Of a DNA stretch of 61,623 nucleotides, positions 1 through 9,978 are shown in pieces. A program made the position numbers and the translations under genes. The notes under the pieces are model-generated. The model had not been told where the DNA came from. It saw only the letters and a program-made list of their open reading frames with translations, and did not search any database. Each line of letters opens with the position of its first letter. Positions within the stretch are counted from its first letter, which is position 1. This DNA comes from an uncultured Pirellulales bacterium (lineage in GTDB: Bacteria; Planctomycetota; Phycisphaerae; Sedimentisphaerales; Anaerobacaceae): the NCBI GenBank assembly GCA_964405375.1, contig CAYONQ010000001.1, forward strand, positions 1 to 61,623. The letters run 5' to 3'.

Positions 1-463
<463 letters not shown>

Positions 464-723
464 TGATTTGTCAAAACCCCAAAGAATCGGGGATTTTGTC
501 ATCAGAAGGCTCAACACTCTCACAAGCTATAGGCTTGATACGCGAAAGTGCTGAATTAACTGAAATTAAGCCGACTCGATAAAGCGTACATTTTATCACA
601 TCGGCTGCACTTTCGCTGCATAATGGCTTAACTGTTAACTTGTCAAAGAGCAATTTTGGCATCTTCAGAAGTAAACAGCAGCCAAGCATTCAGTATCATC
701 ACCCTACTTGGCCACCTCAATAT

Positions 724-751
724 ATTTTAACGCAAATAAGTATATCGTCAA
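724..751 (-). promoter_or_regulatory. Putative sigma70-type rRNA promoter (minus strand: TTGACG, 16-nt spacer, TAAAAT) with an A/T-rich UP-like tract at 755-800
   Basis: The plus strand has cgtcaa at 746-751 and atttta at 724-729. An A/T-rich run lies immediately upstream in the minus-strand sense. The site is about 265 nt upstream of the 16S 5' end. Confidence 0.4.
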
Positions 752-1281
752 TAGAAATAAGGTAAGAAAAGTAAAAATTTTTTGTTTTTTTGCAGGAGCT
801 AATTGCCTGCCGGGGGGGGGGCGATCTACAATATATCGGCGGTATCTAAGTTCAATTAGAGGAAACTCGCTTGCGAGACGACTGATTACGATACCCATCA
901 CCAGCGAATTATTCTGCTTATAGACAGTGGAGGCGGCGGGTTAAAAGGCGATTTTTAGGTTCAGCGAACTCAACAGAAATCGAGGTATGGTTATGGATAC
1001 AGGCCATTTTCAGGCGGACAGTGTAGAAAACAATATCGTGGGGAGTGCAGCATATCTGACAGCGTGGATTGATAAGCAGTACAAGGCGGAAGGTGAGCCG
1101 GCGATGCCGTCGTTTATCAACGGCGAGGCGGCAATATTTTATTGGGGACCGGTTGAGCCAACAGAACAATAAATAATTGACTATTTACTATTGACCCTTT
1201 ACTATTGGGGAAAAATAGGCGTTTAGAAACATTGTTACATTCCACAGTAAAGAGCAATTGGGTCTCTGGGTGTCTATTTCG

Positions 1282-2895
1282 ATGAAAGTTTGGCAAAGAA
1301 AAGCGATTCGTGTAATAACCATAGCGGCTATCGGGCTGCTTGTAAGCGGCTGTGGTGAGCCGAGAGGCACAAAACAGCTTGGCCCCACGATAGAGCTGGG
1401 CACTACAGTAGGGTCGTTAGCTGAGGTGTTTGCATTCGATGCGATAGTCGTGGAAGGATATGCGCTGGTAGGCGGACTAAACGGGACGGGGTCGGCAGAA
1501 TGCCCGCCCCGGGTGAGGGAATACCTTGAAAAATACATCCTGAAGCAAATACCCGAGCAAAAGGACGTTGAGAGTTTTATCAGCAGCAAGGACACGGCTG
1601 TAGTAGTGGTGCGTGGAATAATACCGGCGGATGCCTCAAAGAACCAATACTTTGATGTAGCGGTAATTTCCCCTGCAGGTACACAAACCACATCTTTAGA
1701 AGGCGGGTGGCTGTACGGCGCCGACCTTTATCAGGCGGGACGTATGGGTATAGGCGCAAAGTCGCTGGCGGTGGCAGAAGGGCCTGTTTTCATAGATACA
1801 ATCGGCACCTACGAAACAAATAAAAGGGCAGGCTACGTTCTTGCCGGCGGAGTTGTTCTGGATGATTATAAGATAAGCTTAGGTCTGCGACAGCCGGATT
1901 ACAGGATAGCGAACGCCATTCGGAACCGTTTAAATGAGCGTTTCGGGCCTGATACGGCCAAGGCGGTGTCGGCCGGTAAGATTGAATTGAAGGTGCCGGC
2001 TGAATACGGAGAACAGAAGCGGCGTTTCGTATCAATAGTCAAGTCAACATATCTTACCCAAGACCCGCAGACCACCGAAGAAAGAATAAGAACATTTGTC
2101 ATAAAACTTGCTACCGGAAAGGATAAAGAGGAAAGCGAGAAAGCTCTTGAAGCAATAGGCAATAAAAGCGTTGGCAAATTAGGTTCGCTGTTGAATTCAT
2201 TTGACGAGGAGGTCCGGCTGCGGGCGGCCAGATGTATGCTCAATTTAGGCAGCGACCGTGGGCTGGATACTCTGCGGCAAATAGCGTTAGGTAAAGATTC
2301 ACTCTATCGCCTCGAGGCGATGGAGGCAATCACAGCAGAGGCGAGCGGCAGCGATGCGGCTTTCGTTTTAAGGAGACTACTGCGTGACGATGACTTTGAC
2401 ATCCGGTTAGCTGCATACGAGGGTTTGCGAAAACTGGACGACATCGCCATAACAAGGAAATTAGTCGGAGGCAATTTTTATTTAGAGCAAATTGTGCAGG
2501 CCAAGCAGCCGGCGATATATGTTTCCCGAAGCGGTCAGCCGCGAATCGTTCTATTTGCTGCGCCGCTATATTGCAGGGACAATATCTTTGTTCAATCAGC
2601 CGACGGTAATATAACAATAAACGCTCCGGCCGGTCAGGAATATGTCTCGATAATGCGCAAACACCCCAAACGGCCCAGTGTGGTAGTGCAGTTGAGAAGC
2701 TCTTTTGAGCTCAGCGACATCATTCAAACGCTGTGCGAAGAGCCGATTAAAAGAGCCAAGCGAGGCCAGCGTGGTTTAAACGTTTCATACGCTGAAGGAA
2801 TCGGCCTTCTGAAACAGATGTGCGAGAAAGGTGCGGTACAAGCGGAGTTTTATACGGGGGAGCTGCCAAAAACCAACCTAATTGTCAAGAAATAA
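1282..2895 (+). CDS. Lipoprotein with an N-terminal FlgI (flagellar P-ring)-like domain and C-terminal HEAT/armadillo-like repeats
   Basis: A signal peptide plus lipobox (LLVSGC) is present. VEGYALVGGLNGTGS resembles the FlgI GYGLVVGLxGTGD motif, and similarity continues for about 250 aa. Repeats such as EEVRLRAARCMLNLG and DFDIRLAAYEGLRKL look HEAT-like. The start was moved to ATG 1282 (MKVWQRK). Confidence 0.6.
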   Translation: MKVWQRKAIRVITIAAIGLLVSGCGEPRGTKQLGPTIELGTTVGSLAEVFAFDAIVVEGYALVGGLNGTGSAECPPRVREYLEKYILKQIPEQKDVESFISSKDTAVVVVRGIIPADASKNQYFDVAVISPAGTQTTSLEGGWLYGADLYQAGRMGIGAKSLAVAEGPVFIDTIGTYETNKRAGYVLAGGVVLDDYKISLGLRQPDYRIANAIRNRLNERFGPDTAKAVSAGKIELKVPAEYGEQKRRFVSIVKSTYLTQDPQTTEERIRTFVIKLATGKDKEESEKALEAIGNKSVGKLGSLLNSFDEEVRLRAARCMLNLGSDRGLDTLRQIALGKDSLYRLEAMEAITAEASGSDAAFVLRRLLRDDDFDIRLAAYEGLRKLDDIAITRKLVGGNFYLEQIVQAKQPAIYVSRSGQPRIVLFAAPLYCRDNIFVQSADGNITINAPAGQEYVSIMRKHPKRPSVVVQLRSSFELSDIIQTLCEEPIKRAKRGQRGLNVSYAEGIGLLKQMCEKGAVQAEFYTGELPKTNLIVKK

Positions 2896-2988
2896 TCGCC
2901 CTGCAGCCGATAATAATAGCGTGCAGCACGTAGTGTATAGTTTTATCCGGCCGGCATTCGCCATCCACTAATTACAGCAGGAGAAGAA

Positions 2989-5900
2989 ATGAGACTTGAG
3001 AAAATCGTCCTTGACGGCTTCAAAAGCTTTGCGGACACGACACAATTTACGTTCGACTCGCCAGTAACGGCCATTGTCGGCCCGAACGGCTGCGGCAAGA
3101 GCAATATTGTCGATGCAGTTAAGTGGGTATTAGGCGAGCAAAGCGTCAAAAGTCTTCGAAGCGGACAAATGGCTGATGTGATATTCGGCGGAAGCAGCAG
3201 CAAAAAGCCCATCGGTTCGGCAGAAGTGAGCTTGCTTATCACGGGTACGGTGGGGCAATTGCCGATTGAAGCCGAGCAGGTGCAGATAAGCCGGCGGATA
3301 TACAAAAGCGGTGAAAGTGAATACCGGATAAACAACAAAATCTGCCGACTAAAAGACATCCGTGAACTATTTATGGATACCGGCGTAGGAGCGAGGGCCT
3401 ACTCGATTATCGAGCAGGGTCAGGTCGAGCAGTTAGTAACCGCATCGAAGACGGACAGAAGGATTTTATTCGAAGAAGCAGCGGGCATAAGCAAATATAA
3501 GGCACACAAGAAAGAGGCACTTCGCAAACTGGAACACACGGAACAAAACCTGCTGCGAGTGGCAGATATTTTAGGCGAAGTAGCAAAGCGGCTACGAAGT
3601 GTGAAACTTGCGGCGGGTAAGGCGAGGAGCTACCTTCAATACACGCAAAGATTGAAAGAGCTGCAGGTCAACTACTCGTTAGCTGAGTTCGATAAGAATC
3701 ATACCGAAAGCACGGAGAAGAGCGCTGCGCTTAGCCAGTTGGAGGAGGAATTTTCGGCTATTGCGGCGGAGGTGGCAAAAAACGAGGCATCCATAAGCAA
3801 CCTGGGACAGGAAATAATAGAAACGGAGAACCGAATAAATCGCACGGACAACACCGTTGTAACCGTCGCAAGCAGAATCGAACAGCAGCTTCAACGCATC
3901 GAATTTCTGCGGTCGAGGGTTACGGAACTACAGCAGAGAAAGGCGGCTGCAGAAGACAGGGTTGGAAAGTTACAGGAGCAAGAGGGCGCTTTTATAAAAG
4001 AGCTGGCACAATACCGGCTCGAACTACAAAAAAGCGAAGAGGCACTCGAAGAGAAAACCCGGGCCATTGAGCAAATCCAAAAAGCCATCCGACAAATAAA
4101 CGCCGAATGTGCCTCGCTGGAGGCGGAGCTGGAAGATGAGAAGTCCGGCATTATCGATATAGTCAGAAGAACGGCGCAGCTTCATAACGAGCTTCAGAGT
4201 ATCGGTGCTTATCGCAACAACCTATCCAGTCAGAAAGACCGTCTGTCCAATCAGGCGGAAGAGGGGCGAGCGGAACTTGAGAAGCTTCTGGCCGAAAAGG
4301 CACAATACAATGCACGTCTGAACGACATTGAAAAGGTATTAGGCGAATTGACAGAGAACCTGGAAGCCAAGCGCAAAGATGCGGAAGAAATCACCCGCCA
4401 GATTGCAGCGGACAACAGGCGGTTAGCGGCCAGCCGGGAGGCACAAAGCGCTCTGGCCGGCGAATTGGCGGTATTAGCGGATATGGAGAGAAGGCGTGAG
4501 GGGCTTGGAAACGGCGTGAAAGACATTCTGACAAATCGGTCGGAAAACGATTACGTCGAAGGAATACTGGCAGACATAGTGGCGGCTGACATCAAATATG
4601 CAACTGCCGTCGAGGCAGCACTCGAAGGCAAAACAGACGCTGTGGTAATCAACAGCACCGCCAAGTTGCTGGCCGATATGGAGACAATTGAAAAACCCGA
4701 CGACAGGGTGAATTTTCTCTGTGCGGATAAGATAGAGCCGTTTGTGGACAAAGAAGACCTGTCAAAATTTCAGGGTGTAAAGGGCAGAGTGGTCGAATTC
4801 GTAAACTACGACAGCAAACACGCACCGTTAGTGTGGGGGCTGCTGGGCAAAACGATAATCGTCGATTCGATTGAGGATGCTATAAAATTAGCTGAGAAGT
4901 TAGGGCAACAGTATAAATTTGTTACGCTGGCGGGAGAATCTTACAGCGCCGACGGGGTGATAAAAGTCGGGCCTTTAGGAAAAACGACCGGCTTAATATC
5001 GCGCAAAAGCCGATTGCGCCAACTCCAGCAGACCATCGCCAGCACCACAGAAGAGATAGGCACGCTCGAAAAGCAAATAGAGAAGAACAGTCAGGCGAAC
5101 GAACATTTAGTTAAATTGTGCAAGGAGCTGCGAACGGCCGTCTATGAAGCGAATACAGAAAAAACGGAGATAAGCTCAAAACTCACCGTCCACGAGCAAA
5201 ATATACAACGGCTCGGAAAGGAACAGCCGTTGATAGCCGGTGAGATTGACCTGCTTGAGGCCCAGATTTCCCAATCGGTCCAGAAAGAATACGATTCGAA
5301 ACAAAAATTAGACGAGCTTGAGGTGGTGAACAATCAGCGGACGGCACACATAAAAGAGCTTGAGAGCAGATACGCCGAGCAAAAACTACAACAACAGTTA
5401 CAGACGGAACAACTGACTGATTTGAAGGTTGCCGTCGGACAGATTACCGAACATCGAGGAGCACTTACGAAAACGATTGCATCCGTGACAGGCCAGATGC
5501 AGGCAAACCGGACGGCTGCCGAGACGGCACTGACAGAAATCGAAAACTCGAAAATCGAGATTCAAAACTCGCAAAGAGACATCCTCAACAGTGAGGCAGA
5601 GGTATCCGGGCTGTTTATCGAGAAAGAAAAGAGACAGCAGGACAGCAGCGTACTTCACGAGAAAATAGAAGAACTGCTCGAAGAGCAAAAACAAGCTGAA
5701 CAGCTCGTCCGCCAAAAACGAAGCGAACAAGGTGAAATTGAGCAGAAAATCAATCAACTTAAGATAGAATTAGGGCAATTGGAGGTAAGACAGCAAGACC
5801 TTGTTGAACGAGTGCAGGACGAACTGCAGATTGATTTGCGTGCTGCGTATGGAGATTACACCGCCGGCGAGGTCAACTGGGACGAAATCAGAGAAGAGAT

Positions 5901-6561
5901 AGGCGAGCTTCGAGGCAAAATCGAACGATTAGGCAACGTTAACGTCGATGCAATAGACGAGCAGGAAGAGCTGGAGCAACGGCATAACTTTTTAAGCAGC
6001 CAGGTTGAAGACCTTAATTCAAGCAGAAGCCAATTGCAGCAATTGATAGGCCGGCTTAACAAACAAAGCAGAGAGCGGTTCAGCCGGAGTTTCGAAGAAA
6101 TCCGGCTTAATTTCCAGCAGATTTTCCGCAAGCTGTTCGGCGGCGGCAAGGCGGACATAGTTCTTGAAGAGGCCGAAGATATCCTCGAGGCGCCGATAGA
6201 GATAGTGGCGCGGCCGCCCGGCAAAGAAACGATGAGTATATCGCTGTTGAGCGGCGGTGAAAAGGCGCTGACGGCGATTGCGCTTTTGTTTGCGGTTTTC
6301 AAGACAAAGCCATCGCCATTCTGCTTCCTTGACGAAATCGATGCGGCGCTGGACGAGGCAAATAACGAGCGATTCAATCTACTGCTTCGGGAATTTCAAA
6401 AGGACTCGCAGTTTGTGATAATTACCCACTCCAAGCGCACGATGAGTATTGCGGACGAGTTGATTGGGATAACAATGCAAACACGGGGGGTGAGCAAAAA
6501 GATAAGCGTCAGATTCGACCAGTTCGACGAGGTTGAAGAAGAGGCCGCTGCGGTAGCGTGA
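2989..6561 (+). CDS. smc: Chromosome segregation protein SMC
   Basis: Evidence includes the N-terminal Walker A (FKSFADTTQFTFDSPVTAIVGPNGCGKSN), long coiled coils, a hinge, the C-terminal signature LSGGEKALTAIALLFA and Walker B FCFLDEIDAALD. The RBS aggaga precedes the ATG. Confidence 0.97.
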   Translation: MRLEKIVLDGFKSFADTTQFTFDSPVTAIVGPNGCGKSNIVDAVKWVLGEQSVKSLRSGQMADVIFGGSSSKKPIGSAEVSLLITGTVGQLPIEAEQVQISRRIYKSGESEYRINNKICRLKDIRELFMDTGVGARAYSIIEQGQVEQLVTASKTDRRILFEEAAGISKYKAHKKEALRKLEHTEQNLLRVADILGEVAKRLRSVKLAAGKARSYLQYTQRLKELQVNYSLAEFDKNHTESTEKSAALSQLEEEFSAIAAEVAKNEASISNLGQEIIETENRINRTDNTVVTVASRIEQQLQRIEFLRSRVTELQQRKAAAEDRVGKLQEQEGAFIKELAQYRLELQKSEEALEEKTRAIEQIQKAIRQINAECASLEAELEDEKSGIIDIVRRTAQLHNELQSIGAYRNNLSSQKDRLSNQAEEGRAELEKLLAEKAQYNARLNDIEKVLGELTENLEAKRKDAEEITRQIAADNRRLAASREAQSALAGELAVLADMERRREGLGNGVKDILTNRSENDYVEGILADIVAADIKYATAVEAALEGKTDAVVINSTAKLLADMETIEKPDDRVNFLCADKIEPFVDKEDLSKFQGVKGRVVEFVNYDSKHAPLVWGLLGKTIIVDSIEDAIKLAEKLGQQYKFVTLAGESYSADGVIKVGPLGKTTGLISRKSRLRQLQQTIASTTEEIGTLEKQIEKNSQANEHLVKLCKELRTAVYEANTEKTEISSKLTVHEQNIQRLGKEQPLIAGEIDLLEAQISQSVQKEYDSKQKLDELEVVNNQRTAHIKELESRYAEQKLQQQLQTEQLTDLKVAVGQITEHRGALTKTIASVTGQMQANRTAAETALTEIENSKIEIQNSQRDILNSEAEVSGLFIEKEKRQQDSSVLHEKIEELLEEQKQAEQLVRQKRSEQGEIEQKINQLKIELGQLEVRQQDLVERVQDELQIDLRAAYGDYTAGEVNWDEIREEIGELRGKIERLGNVNVDAIDEQEELEQRHNFLSSQVEDLNSSRSQLQQLIGRLNKQSRERFSRSFEEIRLNFQQIFRKLFGGGKADIVLEEAEDILEAPIEIVARPPGKETMSISLLSGGEKALTAIALLFAVFKTKPSPFCFLDEIDAALDEANNERFNLLLREFQKDSQFVIITHSKRTMSIADELIGITMQTRGVSKKISVRFDQFDEVEEEAAAVA

Positions 6562-6563
6562 TT

Positions 6564-6598
6564 CGTATCTCGTGAAGCGTATCTCGTATTTCGTGAAA
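6564..6598 (+). repeat. Heptad tandem array (cgtatct cgtgaag cgtatct cgtattt cgtgaaa) filling the smc to zinc-ribbon intercistronic gap
   Basis: Five in-phase 7-bp units lie directly between the smc stop (6559-6561) and the RBS and ATG at 6606. Confidence 0.85.
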
Positions 6599-6605
6599 GG
6601 AGCTT

Positions 6606-6914
6606 ATGAAGAAGTGTCCGTTTTGCGCAGAGGAAATTCAGGATGAGGCGATAAAGTGTCGTTTTTGCGGCGAGTTTCTCGAAAAGGTCGGCGCACCAAA
6701 GACAAAATGGTACCATTCCACGGCCGTCATAGTAATTGCGCTTCTTTGCTTAGGGCCGCTTGCTCTGCCTTTGGTATGGCTGCACCCGCATTATAAAATA
6801 ATTACCAAGCTTGTAATCACAGGTTTAGTTATTGGGTTTAGTATTCTGTTCACTTATCTTATCGGCTACACGTACCGTAATTTAATAGAACAGATAGAGG
6901 GGTTAGGGATTTAG
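6606..6914 (+). CDS. Zinc-ribbon domain membrane protein
   Basis: The N-terminus has [21 protein letters not shown] (CxxC...CxxC) followed by two hydrophobic helices. The RBS aaaggag is present. Confidence 0.7.
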   Translation: MKKCPFCAEEIQDEAIKCRFCGEFLEKVGAPKTKWYHSTAVIVIALLCLGPLALPLVWLHPHYKIITKLVITGLVIGFSILFTYLIGYTYRNLIEQIEGLGI

Positions 6915-6997
6915 TAAGTTCGTACTGCGATGTGGATTTCTGCCAGCGGCTTTCGTGAGGACAAGTTTCGCAGGAACGACGCTATGGGAAGATGTAG

Positions 6998-8224
6998 ATG
7001 GCGAGAGGATTTGATAAACATATTTTGAAGAACAGGATGGTTGTTTTGGGTGAGCCGATGGAGGGGGTTGGGTCGGGGGCGTTCGATTTTATGCTGCCGG
7101 GCGGGGCAGCGCGACTTCCAGAGGGCTGCTGCGGGGCGGCTTCCGTCATATCCGACTGGATATTCAGAGGAGCGGGCGATAAAGACAGCAGGGAATTGGG
7201 GGATGCACTCGACGGGTTGGGGCTACACCGTGCCAGTTCGGTGGGCAGCAGTCATATAACTATCGGAGCGGCGCTGGAGGCTGGCAACTTAACCGAGGCG
7301 ATAGAGTTGTACGCTGATATTATACTGCGGGCGAGCTTGAAAGAAGAACAGTTCGAATTGGCCAGGCAATTAGCAATCGATGAGGTGAAGGCCCTCGACG
7401 ATAACCCGAGACAAAAGGTTATGTTAAAGCTGCGAGAGCGGTTTTATCCGAGCCCTCTGGGTCGCAGCAGCTTAGGGGAAATTGATGAACTAAAGACGCT
7501 GACCGCAGAAAAAACGAGGCAAATCATAGAAGATAATTTTAATCTTTCACAAACAATCTTTTCAGTTGCGGGCAAATATGACTTCGATGCGATTGTAAAA
7601 CAGATGGAAAATTTACTCGAAACGGGCCGGCAGAAGGCCCTCATGCCGGTTACGCTCGGTCCCAGAGCAGACAAATATACACATATTCATAATGAAGGTG
7701 CACAGGTGCATATCGGGTTGATGACCGAGACGGTCAAGCCGACCGATGCGGACTATTACAATGCGAGGGTGGCGGTATCGGTTCTTTCAGGCGGGATGAG
7801 TGCGAGATTATTTACAGAAGTTCGTGAGAAGCGAGGGCTGTGCTATGCAGTCGGTGCGCGGTATCACGGCTTGAAAGAGGCGGCCGGTATAGCGTGCTAT
7901 GCCGGCACGACGCCGGAAAAGGCGCAGGAAACGCTCGATGTGATAACGGCTGAGTTCGGCCGGCTCGCCGAAGGCGTCAGCAAAAAGGAAATTGAGCGGG
8001 CGAAAGTCGGGCTTAAAAGTGCGCTCATTCTGCAAAGCGAATCGTCCAGCAGCAGGGCCAGCGCTATCGGAAACGATTACTATATATTAGGCAGGGTCCG
8101 AAGCTTAAATGAAATCAAGGATAAAATCGAGGAAACAAGCGTGGATTCCATATTAGGTTTTTTGCGGAATAATAAGTTCGAGGACTTTACGGTGGTAACA
8201 ATCGGGCCAAAGTACCTAAAGTGA
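6998..8224 (+). CDS. M16 family (pitrilysin/insulinase-like) peptidase, non-catalytic subunit type (no HxxEH motif)
   Basis: The M16 C-terminal region LFTEVREKRGLCYAVGA is present. The position of the HxxEH motif reads SVISDWIFRGAG. The gene is paired with the catalytic M16 gene downstream. Confidence 0.8.
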   Translation: MARGFDKHILKNRMVVLGEPMEGVGSGAFDFMLPGGAARLPEGCCGAASVISDWIFRGAGDKDSRELGDALDGLGLHRASSVGSSHITIGAALEAGNLTEAIELYADIILRASLKEEQFELARQLAIDEVKALDDNPRQKVMLKLRERFYPSPLGRSSLGEIDELKTLTAEKTRQIIEDNFNLSQTIFSVAGKYDFDAIVKQMENLLETGRQKALMPVTLGPRADKYTHIHNEGAQVHIGLMTETVKPTDADYYNARVAVSVLSGGMSARLFTEVREKRGLCYAVGARYHGLKEAAGIACYAGTTPEKAQETLDVITAEFGRLAEGVSKKEIERAKVGLKSALILQSESSSSRASAIGNDYYILGRVRSLNEIKDKIEETSVDSILGFLRNNKFEDFTVVTIGPKYLK

Positions 8225-8327
8225 GCTAAAGTGCCTAAAGTGAGCTAAAGTGCCTAAAGTGAGCTAAAGTGAAAAAATTATCCATAACTTTAGGCATTTT
8301 AGGCACTCCAAACTTTAGGCACTTAAA
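8211..8327 (+). repeat. Intercistronic element: tandem gtgNNctaaa units followed by inverted ctttaggcac units (long imperfect hairpin)
   Basis: At 8221-8273 the sequence is gtgagctaaa gtgcctaaa x2.5. Inverted copies are actttaggca (8287-8296), ttttaggcac (8297-8306) and actttaggcac (8312-8322). The element overlaps the upstream stop codon and ends 10 nt before ATG 8337. Confidence 0.85.
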
Positions 8328-8336
8328 GAGCAGAGT

Positions 8337-9551
8337 ATGAAATTTGAGAAGAAGAAATTGGCAAATGGGTTGGTTATTACCGGCGAGGTGAATAACCGCG
8401 CCAAATCGGCGGCGGTGGGTTTTTTTGTTAAAACCGGCTCACGTGACGAGAGTAAGCAAATAAACGGCGTGTCGCATTTTTTGGAACATATGCTGTTCAA
8501 AGGCACCGAAAAACTAAATGCGTTTGAAGTTAATGAGGCGTTCGACAGGACAGGGGCACAATTTAACGCCTTTACCAGCGAGGAAAATACCGTCTTTTAT
8601 GCGGCGGTTTTGCCGGAATATTTAGCGGAGGTTACGGGATTGTGGATAGAGCTGATGAGGCCGGCGCTGCGAGATGAAGACTTCGATATCGAGAAAGACG
8701 TAATCAAAGAAGAGATTGCGATGTATAAGGATATGCCGAGCTTTGACGTTATGGAAAGGTGCAGGAGCTTGCACTTCGACAGCCATCCCTGCGGCAACAG
8801 TGTCTTAGGCAGCGAGGAAAACATAAATAATTTAACGGCTGAACAGATGCGGGGCTATTTTACCAGCCGATATGCGCCGAATAATATGGTATTAGCGGTT
8901 GCAGGCGCTTTTGAATGGGAGCAAATATGCTCGATTATCGAGGGTGGCTGTGGCAAGTGGCAAACCCAGAGTGTCGCAAGGCCGCTGGAAGAGGCAGCAG
9001 GTAGTAAAAAGAAAAAGCGTGTCGAAAAGCCAAGTCTGGCTCGCGAGCATATATGCCTGATGAGCCCTGCTGTGAGCGCCCAAGACAAGCGAAGATTCAC
9101 CGCTTCACTTCTGGGTGTTATTGTCGGTGACAGCGTAGGGTCAAGGTTCTTCTGGGAATTAGTTGACAAGGCGTTGGCGGAAACGGCAACGATGCAATTC
9201 GGGGCTATGGACGGCACGGGGGTATTTTGCAGCTATATCCGCTGCAGCGGTGAAAACGTTCCCAAAGTTCTCGAAACGATAAGGGATATTTTTAGTAATC
9301 TTGCCAAAGATGGTATAACCAATGACGAATTGAAAAAGGCAAAGAACAAGGTATTAAGTGCACTGGTGATAAAGAACGAGCTTCCTATGGGTCGGCTTAT
9401 TGACCTGGGCTTTAACTGGATATACTTAGAACGGTACTGTACCATTGAAGACGACATCAGCGCAATTAAGGCAGTATCCGTCAATGATGTTCATTCGCTG
9501 ATAAAGCAGTTCAGGCCGGGCGATTTCACGCAATTTTCGATAGGGCCTTAA
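8337..9551 (+). CDS. M16 family zinc peptidase, catalytic subunit
   Basis: The HxxEH zinc motif is present in GVSHFLEHMLFKGT, and the downstream E lies in NAFTSEENTVFY. Confidence 0.88.
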   Translation: MKFEKKKLANGLVITGEVNNRAKSAAVGFFVKTGSRDESKQINGVSHFLEHMLFKGTEKLNAFEVNEAFDRTGAQFNAFTSEENTVFYAAVLPEYLAEVTGLWIELMRPALRDEDFDIEKDVIKEEIAMYKDMPSFDVMERCRSLHFDSHPCGNSVLGSEENINNLTAEQMRGYFTSRYAPNNMVLAVAGAFEWEQICSIIEGGCGKWQTQSVARPLEEAAGSKKKKRVEKPSLAREHICLMSPAVSAQDKRRFTASLLGVIVGDSVGSRFFWELVDKALAETATMQFGAMDGTGVFCSYIRCSGENVPKVLETIRDIFSNLAKDGITNDELKKAKNKVLSALVIKNELPMGRLIDLGFNWIYLERYCTIEDDISAIKAVSVNDVHSLIKQFRPGDFTQFSIGP

Positions 9552-9940
9552 AGAAAAACCGACCATCGTACTCGAAGCCCCTCTTTACAGCAGGACCGTG
9601 TTAGCCAGCCGACACTCCTGTCTCATCAATGTAAGTTTCATCCCTATAACATCAATCAGGAACAACAGGCCAAACCACTGAAAGCTGAGGATGAATTTCA
9701 TCTATTGAACAAAGGATGTGAGGCGGGCGTAGAAAAAGACAGTCAAAGCATCAAATTTACAACAAAAGGCGCTTCATTATAAGATAAAGTAATTACATAT
9801 TCAGGTTTGCTTAACATCGGGGCATCTACAGAAAAATATAAACATCAAGCGATGTTTTTGTAACTTCCCCATTAGCAAGGTTTTACATTCACAAGGAGGT
9901 GCGGCCTTGCCCGTCTTGCACCACTTTTAACGTCTTTGCG

Positions 9941-9969
9941 TTGACTTAAGCGGTTTCAAGTGTTATAAT
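9941..9969 (+). promoter_or_regulatory. Near-consensus sigma70 promoter: TTGACT, 17-nt spacer, (TGt)TATAAT
   Basis: ttgact lies at 9941-9946 and tataat at 9964-9969, with an extended -10 tgt at 9961-9963. The folC ATG at 9979 is only 10 nt downstream of the -10. Confidence 0.6.
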
Positions 9970-9978
9970 TAAGTGTTT

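Noticed and set aside
812-821. G10 homopolymer in the rRNA upstream region
   Set aside because: It is intergenic with no adjacent coding frame to switch. I noted it only as evidence that long homopolymers, and possible homopolymer errors, occur in this assembly.
987-1172. 61-aa ORF (MVMDTGHFQADS...) between the rRNA promoter region and the FlgI-like gene
   Set aside because: No recognisable family, weak RBS spacing and small size. It cannot be supported or excluded from sequence alone, so I did not call it as a feature.
3679-6377. Series of antisense ORFs (Ser/Ala/Cys-rich, 63-173 aa) inside smc
   Set aside because: These are low-complexity mirror images of Glu/Leu/Ala-rich coiled-coil codons. 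They are fully contained in a confidently identified gene.
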